A DNA stretch of 64,000 nt from Candidatus Parcubacteria bacterium (GTDB lineage Bacteria > Patescibacteriota > Patescibacteriia > CAIXNZ01): the NCBI GenBank assembly GCA_026395685.1, contig JAPLYG010000009.1:81519-145518 (forward strand), written 5' to 3'. This document shows positions 10,485 through 17,162 of this stretch, piece by piece. The notes under the pieces were generated by a model that saw only the letters and a list, made by a program, of their open reading frames with translations, ran no database searches and was not told the origin of the DNA. Within the stretch, counting starts at the first letter, position 1, and every line of letters begins with the position of its first letter. Position numbers and translations under genes: made by a program.

Positions 10485-10751
10485 TTATTTTTCTTCCTCC
10501 GGTAAAAGAATATATAGTGTGATGTAAAGAAAAACCGTAGCAAGAGAGACTCCAAAACTGATCAGTAAAAAAGAAAGTACAAATGCCAGCCGCAGCCAGA
10601 ATGGCTGGATGCCCATGGTTTTGGCTATGCCGGAACAGACGCCGCCAAACATATCGTCTTTATTATCGAGTTTAAAATTCTTCTTCCTCAATAAAAGACC
10701 GAGGCCGACGCAAAACCCAAAAATAATTAGCATGTAAATCAACTCTTGCAT
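10485..10751 (-). CDS. PspC-domain membrane protein
   Basis: MFGGVCSGIAKTMGIQPFWLRLAFV...LYITLYILLP motif; AAGGAG ribosome-binding site upstream. Confidence 0.85.
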   Translation of the reverse strand: MQELIYMLIIFGFCVGLGLLLRKKNFKLDNKDDMFGGVCSGIAKTMGIQPFWLRLAFVLSFLLISFGVSLATVFLYITLYILLPEEEK

Positions 10752-10765
10752 TTTCAAATCTCCTT

Positions 10766-11059
10766 TTACTTCTTTTGCCGAAAAATTACGAAATAACCAA
10801 TATCCCTTCCGTAGCAGCCTGTTGCGTCACCAGAGATTATTACCGGCTCTAATTCCGGATAGTCCTTAATAAAAGCGGCTAAAGCTTTGGCAAAAGACGA
10901 ACTCTGATATGGGAAGTAATAAACGCCACTGCCGTGATCCACTATCGCAGAATACGCCTTTTCTTTAACACTTTGGGAATTACTTGCGGAATTACAGCCA
11001 GCCAGCAGCCCTAATGCCAGTACCAACGCAATGATAATGAACAACCTTTGCTTTTCCAT
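10766..11059 (-). CDS. Small lipoprotein-like protein
   Basis: Signal peptide with LAGC lipobox; GAGGAGG Shine-Dalgarno site. Confidence 0.75.
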   Translation of the reverse strand: MEKQRLFIIIALVLALGLLAGCNSASNSQSVKEKAYSAIVDHGSGVYYFPYQSSSFAKALAAFIKDYPELEPVIISGDATGCYGRDIGYFVIFRQKK

Positions 11060-11094
11060 TTTGTCCTCCTCATTTAATTTTCAAACTTAAATCA

Positions 11095-11123
11095 AACTTA
11101 GGGGAAAATACCCTATTTGTCAA
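11095..11123 (-). promoter_or_regulatory. Sigma70-type promoter
   Basis: TTGACA-N17-TAAGTT. Confidence 0.65.
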
Positions 11124-11255
11124 TATGGAAAGTGGTTAATTAGGCTAGGGTTAAGATGCTAGTATGTGTTAAGGTAAAGGACTGATTTTTGTTAATTACC
11201 CCTACACTTAACCCAAACACCTACCAGCATCTTTACCAATTCACTATTCACAATT

Positions 11256-11287
11256 AAAAAAACCCGCCGTTCGCGAACAGCGGGTTT
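11256..11287 (-). terminator. Intrinsic terminator
   Basis: AAACCCGC...GCGGGTTT hairpin followed by a U-tract on the minus strand. Confidence 0.75.
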
Positions 11288-11325
11288 CAGGGCGCAGGAT
11301 TTTCTCCTCGCCCTTAGTTGATAAC

Positions 11326-11934
11326 TTAGAAGTTGTAAATCAAAGTTGCCTTATACACATTAGAGTCCATGGCAGATTCGCCTTGTGGCTCAAATGCGTA
11401 GTAGTAGTTCAACTTCAGGGTCATCTTGTCATTGAACGGAATGGTCAGGCTCGGACCAACCTGGTACGAACGAGAGCCTTCATCAACCTGATCAAGGTAA
11501 TAATAATTGCGGTTATCCAGACCAACCCGCCCAAATCCGATCGGATAAGACAGGTTGTTGTAGATAAAGAGCGCGTCAAAGCCGGCATAGTAGTAAAGCC
11601 CGTTGGCAAATACCCACTTTCCGGATTTCAGCGCAGAATCAACCCCTAAAAACCATCCGCGGTCCAGCTCTTCAGCCTCAAAACCATAACCAGCATAACC
11701 AGCCAGGCTGTACTGGTCATTGAACTTGTAGCCCAAGCCCAATGAGGTATAAGGCGCAGAACTGGACATCAGGTTGATAAAACACATATTACCCAACAAA
11801 TCGACTCGCGCTCCGAGATTACGATTGGCATTGAGCGACACGCCCATCTGGGGCTTGTCCTCAACAGCCTGCGCTGAAAACGCGCTAAACATAATAACCA
11901 GAGCAACGAGCGCCGTAAAAAATCTTTTTTCCAT
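11326..11934 (-). CDS. Secreted protein with outer-membrane beta-barrel-like pattern
   Basis: Start reassigned to MEKRFF behind AAGGAG. Signal peptide ends AQA; alternating aromatic/Gly strands; C-terminus YKATLIYNF. Confidence 0.7.
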   Translation of the reverse strand: MEKRFFTALVALVIMFSAFSAQAVEDKPQMGVSLNANRNLGARVDLLGNMCFINLMSSSAPYTSLGLGYKFNDQYSLAGYAGYGFEAEELDRGWFLGVDSALKSGKWVFANGLYYYAGFDALFIYNNLSYPIGFGRVGLDNRNYYYLDQVDEGSRSYQVGPSLTIPFNDKMTLKLNYYYAFEPQGESAMDSNVYKATLIYNF

Positions 11935-12002
11935 CGGTTCTCCTTGCCTGCAAGCAGGCGCCGGGAGAACTTTGCTCCCGGATTGTTTTGCTGGTTTGTT
12001 GT

Positions 12003-13328
12003 TTAAAAACAACGCGCCGCAGCAAACAACCCGGAAAGAGGAACATGGTCAATGGAAGAAAAAACTTCCTTGGGTTTTCGCAGAATCAGATCAGCCAGCC
12101 TTACTAGTAATATCTGGAAAATGATCGGCAAAGACTGAGCAACTACTGCCAGATCATTGGCAGGCTGATTGTGCGATTGGTCTGAAAAATCAGTCCCGGC
12201 TCTGATCTGATTGCCTGAATCCTTTTGTTGTTCAAGTAATACTGTCTGACTATTGCCCAAGAAATGATCATCAACTTTATTGAAGTGGCTGGCTGCCAGC
12301 GAAATCGCCGGCTGAAACAGCACCCCGAAAATCAAAGACAAGTAGCCGATATAGACAGAACGCCTGACCAGAACTGGAAATTGGAACAGAGAAGCGATTG
12401 CTTTCTGAACATCTTTCACAGGCTTTCTGGATTGCGCAAGCAAAATCGCTTCTTCGCGCTTAGTCAGTTGATAACCAAGCGGTTTGTAGCGCAAAAACTC
12501 GGCTTTGAGCCGGTTAAAGCGCAGCATCTGCGCCGGACTTTCATAACGAGGATAGTTCCAACAATATTTTGGCCAGAGAATCATGCGCAGAGCAAACCGC
12601 CAGGGAGCTATCAGCATTTCGTCGTAAAACGAAAGCCGGCCTCCAAAAGGCTCTTCAACGTGAATAAATCTCCCCAGTTCAGAATGATGACGGGAAAAGC
12701 GGCGTAAGGCCTTGTTATGCTCTTCAAACCTGATGATATAGATCAGGCCCCAGAACAGCATCAGGATAATATACTTTTCAATCAGCCAGTATAGACAGGT
12801 TAAACCAACTTGTTTTGCCTTAAAGTCCGACATTTCTTCGTACAGGCCATCCCGTTGCTGCATCTTTTTCTGAATGCCGGCAATGTATTTCAACTCTTGA
12901 GAATTCGGCTCGTATCTATTCCAGCAACTTAGTGCATCACGCCGGCGAACCAGAGGTTCCAGCATATTGGGGCTGGTGAGATAAAAATTATATTTATCCT
13001 CCAGGGCAATCAGCTGATCAATATCCTGAAAATAATCAACCAGAGTATAATTAGTGCCTTTTGTCTCAGCACGGTCGAAAATTATTTTCAGTTCCCCGGA
13101 AACTGCATCTCTACGCTTTTTCCAGTCCTCATAATCTTCGCCTACGTAAGATTGGGGTCGATCCCAATCATTTAAGCCGTGATTGCGAGTCTGATAATTT
13201 GGCGCATTGGCATTTTCTCTGACAAAAGTAATGCAGTTCATACCACCCAAGCACACGAAAAATAAGGCAATCAGCCCAACTTTGAGCCATAGCCCATATT
13301 TTTTCAGCAGTTCTGACTTTTTGAACAT
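12003..13328 (-). CDS. Hypothetical multi-pass membrane protein
   Basis: 441-aa ORF with about three TM segments, GAGGAG RBS and its own promoter. Confidence 0.7.
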   Translation of the reverse strand: MFKKSELLKKYGLWLKVGLIALFFVCLGGMNCITFVRENANAPNYQTRNHGLNDWDRPQSYVGEDYEDWKKRRDAVSGELKIIFDRAETKGTNYTLVDYFQDIDQLIALEDKYNFYLTSPNMLEPLVRRRDALSCWNRYEPNSQELKYIAGIQKKMQQRDGLYEEMSDFKAKQVGLTCLYWLIEKYIILMLFWGLIYIIRFEEHNKALRRFSRHHSELGRFIHVEEPFGGRLSFYDEMLIAPWRFALRMILWPKYCWNYPRYESPAQMLRFNRLKAEFLRYKPLGYQLTKREEAILLAQSRKPVKDVQKAIASLFQFPVLVRRSVYIGYLSLIFGVLFQPAISLAASHFNKVDDHFLGNSQTVLLEQQKDSGNQIRAGTDFSDQSHNQPANDLAVVAQSLPIIFQILLVRLADLILRKPKEVFSSIDHVPLSGLFAAARCF

Positions 13329-13387
13329 GGAAGTTCTCCTCTTATGTTAAAGTTGTCAAAGTTCTGTACTTTACAAAACGATTCTAT

Positions 13388-13416
13388 ATTTTAACAAAAA
13401 ACTATTCAATTGTCAA
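13388..13416 (-). promoter_or_regulatory. Sigma70-type promoter
   Basis: TTGACA-N17-TAAAAT. Confidence 0.7.
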
Positions 13417-13442
13417 ACACGGGCCTAAAGATTAACAATTTG

Positions 13443-13469
13443 AAAAGCCTCCACCGAAGTAGAGGCTTT
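13443..13469 (-). terminator. Intrinsic terminator of the MBL hydrolase gene
   Basis: AAAGCCTCTAC-TTCG-GTGGAGGCTTTT on the minus strand. Confidence 0.8.
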
Positions 13470-13537
13470 GATGATCGATTGGGGGAACCGATCATTTGGT
13501 TAGGGGGCTAGTTACCATCGAGCGTTAGGTTGATGGG

Positions 13538-14548
13538 TTAGAGTTGAACCTTCAGGTAGTCCTGGCAGACGAAGATTTTCTCCGGCGTCAGAACCACCAC
13601 CTCGGCTTTGGGATCCAGGCTTTTGACCTGCTCCCCGTAAGTCGCCTTTGCTTCTGCCAGAATGGCGTTAATTGCCGTATCCGTTGCCGGCGGGTCATGA
13701 TGGGTCAGACCCAGGCTTTTGGCGCCAACCTGCAAAGCAGTTTTGACACAGTACTGGGCAGTGCCGTGCCCAAACCCAGATGTCTGGGTCCTGTACTTAT
13801 TCTCAGGATACTGGCAATCCATGACCACCAGGTCTGCGTCTTTCAGCAGCGCCTTTAGGTCATTGGGCAGACCAGCCTGATTCTCGTGATCCGTGAGGAA
13901 CACGAAGACCTTGCCAGTAGGACCATCCTCAAAGCGGTAAGCAATAGTGCGTTCCGGATGGTTGCTGTACAACATCCTGATCACCAAGCACTCGCTTTTT
14001 GGATATTTCCTGCCATCCTTGCCAATCGACAAGGGCTTGCCGTCAGCCCGTTCAAATTGATCCACGGCCATCTGCTTGATGCCCCCTTCGGGGTGAATCA
14101 GCAGGACCTGGGTGTTGGGATGCTCGAGCTTATGGCAAGTAAAGTGGGAGGAAACCTGAGAAAAGTCGACCGGGAAGAACGGGTGCTTCATGATGTGCTC
14201 GAAAACCTCTCTCGGGCCCAGACCGCCATCCACAGGTCCCCAACAATTGATGGGGATATGTTTCATGTAAGTAAGAGCGCCAAGACCGATTCCCTGAGTA
14301 TGGTCATGATGGTAGTGGGTAAAGAGCTCGATAACCGCTTTCACTCCGCTTTTAAGGGCGTCACTGCAAAGAGGCACAAAGCCGCTACCCGCATCAATGA
14401 CCAGCCACCAGCCTTCAGGCAAACAGGGGCTGTTTACCCTCAGACAGGTTGTATTGCCACCAGTTTGCACGCTGTCCCTGTTGGCGATCGGCACTGACCC
14501 GCGCGTTCCGTAGAACGTCACTTCCAAACCGTTACGTTTTTTTTCCAT
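13538..14548 (-). CDS. MBL-fold metallo-hydrolase (phosphodiesterase-like)
   Basis: FYGTRGSVP, GGNTTC, DAGSG, THYHHDH (HxHxDH), TDHE, GFGHGT and THHDP motifs. Start reassigned to MEKKR behind AAGGAG. Confidence 0.9.
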   Translation of the reverse strand: MEKKRNGLEVTFYGTRGSVPIANRDSVQTGGNTTCLRVNSPCLPEGWWLVIDAGSGFVPLCSDALKSGVKAVIELFTHYHHDHTQGIGLGALTYMKHIPINCWGPVDGGLGPREVFEHIMKHPFFPVDFSQVSSHFTCHKLEHPNTQVLLIHPEGGIKQMAVDQFERADGKPLSIGKDGRKYPKSECLVIRMLYSNHPERTIAYRFEDGPTGKVFVFLTDHENQAGLPNDLKALLKDADLVVMDCQYPENKYRTQTSGFGHGTAQYCVKTALQVGAKSLGLTHHDPPATDTAINAILAEAKATYGEQVKSLDPKAEVVVLTPEKIFVCQDYLKVQL

Positions 14549-14622
14549 CGAGATTCTCCTTCTCCGACTTACCGATGGGCTAACTGATCCCAATTTAAAC
14601 GATCGATTCCCCCGTAACGCTT

Positions 14623-14651
14623 GTTATATCTCATAAGCACATATTTGTCAA
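14623..14651 (-). promoter_or_regulatory. Sigma70-type promoter of the MBL gene
   Basis: TTGACA-N17-TATAAC. Confidence 0.75.
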
Positions 14652-14663
14652 CAATAACGCAAT

Positions 14664-14920
14664 AAAAAAACCGGAGAAAAGTCTCCGGGTGGTGGTTTTG
14701 GTCGGCAGCTTTTGCAGACCAAACTTAAAATGAATGTGTTTGAGTCTTCCTGTGTGCGCCCTCTCATGTGAAGGACGACTTTTGCCTGGTCTGGCCGGCC
14801 GCGAACCGCTGAGCAAAATCAAAGTGCAAAGCCCTGATAAAGCTGCCGAAAAACACGGCCTTGCTCCCCTTTTCTACCAGCGAGTACGTAGCCTTTGCCC
14901 GACCATCTGCGGCATTTACT
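14664..14920 (-). ncRNA. Candidate structured non-coding RNA (~257 nt)
   Basis: Own promoter upstream; terminator CCGGAGA/TCTCCGG plus T7; GC-rich internal stems including TCGGCAGCTTT/AAAGCTGCCGA; no convincing ORF. Confidence 0.55.
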
Positions 14921-14925
14921 TTTCC

Positions 14926-14954
14926 AAGATAGCACTATCAGATAAAATTGTCAA
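14926..14954 (-). promoter_or_regulatory. Sigma70-type promoter of the candidate ncRNA
   Basis: TTGACA-N17-TATCTT. Confidence 0.7.
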
Positions 14955-15014
14955 GATTGAAACCAAAAAAACCCCCGCAAAATAACAGGCGTTTTTATAT
15001 ACCTATAGAAATAG

Positions 15015-15308
15015 TTATTTTTTCTTTTTTTTATCTTTTTCGTCTTTTCTGTCCTTTAAAAACTCCACAATGTTACCGGCGCTTTCGACTAAAAGCTTCA
15101 TGTAGCTTGAAGTATGCTCAATCCTTTCCTTTAAAGCATTAATTACTGTTTCTACCAGTACGATCTTACGCCTCACGTCAAAGGTAATTTTTTTGAATTC
15201 GCGCAGAATCATGGTGAGATAATAAAGCGCCCAGCATAAAAAGATTGTCAAAAGCAGAACGACAAATGCAAGCACTAAAAATAAAATGTCTTTGGTTGTC
15301 TCAATCAT
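15015..15308 (-). CDS. Small membrane protein with coiled coil
   Basis: N-terminal TM helix, coiled coil, Lys-rich tail. Confidence 0.75.
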   Translation of the reverse strand: MIETTKDILFLVLAFVVLLLTIFLCWALYYLTMILREFKKITFDVRRKIVLVETVINALKERIEHTSSYMKLLVESAGNIVEFLKDRKDEKDKKKKK

Positions 15309-15414
15309 AGTATTAAGGAAGGCTTAACCACAGATTTATTCTCACAGATTGCACAGATTTTTATCAATGTTATCTGTGAATTAAATCAGTGGTTCCGTTA
15401 TACATATTATACCA

Positions 15415-16803
15415 CTATTTCTTTTTTTTGGCCAAATGGCGGATTGCCCAAATAAAAATTACGGCAATAAAAGCTAAAACAATGGCGATAATATTAATCG
15501 GACTAAATAATTTATTATCTTCAGTCTGAGTATTTTCTTTGGTTGTTGAAATATAATCAACGATTCTGCTGACCTTATCCAGTTTTCCGTAGGCGCTTTC
15601 AGCCCTGACTTCAATTAAATTCGCGCCAGTCACCAAATTCAATTCAAATGAAAAACTGCCCTGTTCTGAATCCGGTTTGATATCAGAAGTAATTTCTTTG
15701 CCGTTTAGGCTGACATTGATCTGGGCATTGGGGTCGGATATTTTACCGGAAAAAGTATTGCTTTTGTCATTAGCGTAAATTTTTTGATTATCCGTAATAT
15801 AGACTTCCAGGCGCGGAACCAGACGATATTTCCCGCCTTCTTTGAGAATAAGGGATAATTGCGGCTTATCATTATAAATAAAGAAGTGGTAGCCTTCAAT
15901 CTTATCTTTAGTTATTAATTGATCATCATTCTTTAAAAGATCCGGTTCAAAGACAAAGGGCAGGTCATAAAAGGTCACTTCCAACGGAACTTTAAAATAA
16001 TCCAAAAATTCCTGCTTTATATCAATAACTAATTTTTCCAAAGTTAAATAATCGCTTAGCTTTTCAAAATATTTCACAGCTTCGGGAGTAGATAAATCAA
16101 CTATACCGTTAAAAGTAATCTTTTCCCTGCCTATTAAATCTAAAGTTAAATCCGAAACCTTAGTCGGATCTTTTATCTCGGAAAATTTAGTAGTTTTGGA
16201 ACCGGGTTGAAAAAATAATTCATTTAAATTGACCTGAGAAATTAAGGAAACAGTTTGCTCACCCTCATTTGTGGCTGTAGGCGGAAGTAAAGGCTCTTCT
16301 TCTAATACGCCTTCGGCAACCAGCGGTAATAATTTTTCCCCGCTGGAAAAAGCTAATGTTAATTGCGGATATTTAGAGCTAAAAACGCTGATATAATTTA
16401 TGCCTGAGTCCCCTGCCTTGCTGGAATTTTTTACTTTATTTAAAGTAAAGGTTATCTTTGTACCCTTTTTTACGCTAATCGGATTTGTATAATAATAACG
16501 GATATCATCACAATTAAAAACACAATTGGGATTGCTTTTCCCGACTATGGGATTACCCTGAGGAATGCCGCTGACAAAAAGCTCAGCCGAACCTAAATCA
16601 GGCTGATACCCGCCTAAAGAGATCAAAATGTGTCCAATTTTCGTATCCTGAGGAATGGTGAAAAAAATTGTCCAAGTCGCCAGCGAACCAGAAATTTGCG
16701 GATTAATGCTTAAACTCACCGCTGATAAGTCGGCAGCCTTAACATTCTGACCACAAAACAAGGACAGAATAATAATCGCTAAAATGATAAAAATTTTCTT
16801 CAT
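15415..16803 (-). CDS. Cell-surface protein with Ig-like domain and C-terminal anchor
   Basis: Signal peptide; FSGKISDPNAQINVSLNG...LVTGANLIEVRAE Ig-like segment; C-terminal TM helix plus KKKK. Confidence 0.75.
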   Translation of the reverse strand: MKKIFIILAIIILSLFCGQNVKAADLSAVSLSINPQISGSLATWTIFFTIPQDTKIGHILISLGGYQPDLGSAELFVSGIPQGNPIVGKSNPNCVFNCDDIRYYYTNPISVKKGTKITFTLNKVKNSSKAGDSGINYISVFSSKYPQLTLAFSSGEKLLPLVAEGVLEEEPLLPPTATNEGEQTVSLISQVNLNELFFQPGSKTTKFSEIKDPTKVSDLTLDLIGREKITFNGIVDLSTPEAVKYFEKLSDYLTLEKLVIDIKQEFLDYFKVPLEVTFYDLPFVFEPDLLKNDDQLITKDKIEGYHFFIYNDKPQLSLILKEGGKYRLVPRLEVYITDNQKIYANDKSNTFSGKISDPNAQINVSLNGKEITSDIKPDSEQGSFSFELNLVTGANLIEVRAESAYGKLDKVSRIVDYISTTKENTQTEDNKLFSPINIIAIVLAFIAVIFIWAIRHLAKKKK

Positions 16804-16831
16804 AATTACAAAAATCCCGATTTAATCGGGA

Positions 16832-17110
16832 TTAAGGTATATTTAACTGCACTTTAATTTTATTTATTTCCGCCCCATGAATCCCAACCTCGTCTTCAAT
16901 TCTGTCAATTCGCGAAATCGTAGAAAGACGTTCCTGATCCAAACGCTGAACCGTAGATGCAATCGGTTCTAACGTATCCATTATTTGACGCCCATCATCC
17001 TTTGTCATCATATTATCTAACTTTTCATCATGTTCAACCAACTTGGCAAACATCTTGTCAAATTTTTGATCCTGCTGTTCTAATTTTTGTAAAATTTTAT
17101 TCTCTTCCAT
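16832..17110 (-). CDS. Small coiled-coil hypothetical protein
   Basis: 92-aa heptad-rich ORF downstream of pheT. Confidence 0.65.
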   Translation of the reverse strand: MEENKILQKLEQQDQKFDKMFAKLVEHDEKLDNMMTKDDGRQIMDTLEPIASTVQRLDQERLSTISRIDRIEDEVGIHGAEINKIKVQLNIP

Positions 17111-17162
17111 ATAAAAAATTTATACCATCATTATAAGCCAAAGCCCAAAACCTGTCAAAATA

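Noticed and set aside
13352-13365. boxA-like AGAACTTTGACAAC in the leader of the 441-aa gene
   Set aside because: The match is short and degenerate and could equally be a second -35 element.
13886-14497. 203-aa plus-strand ORF, and similar antisense ORFs such as 51912-52616 and 12264-12707
   Set aside because: These are shadows of well-supported genes on the opposite strand, with no motifs or RBS.
16811-16832. AATCCCGATTTAATCGGGATT palindrome as a distinct mobile family
   Set aside because: It is the only copy in the window and lies at a gene end, so it cannot be distinguished from a terminator.
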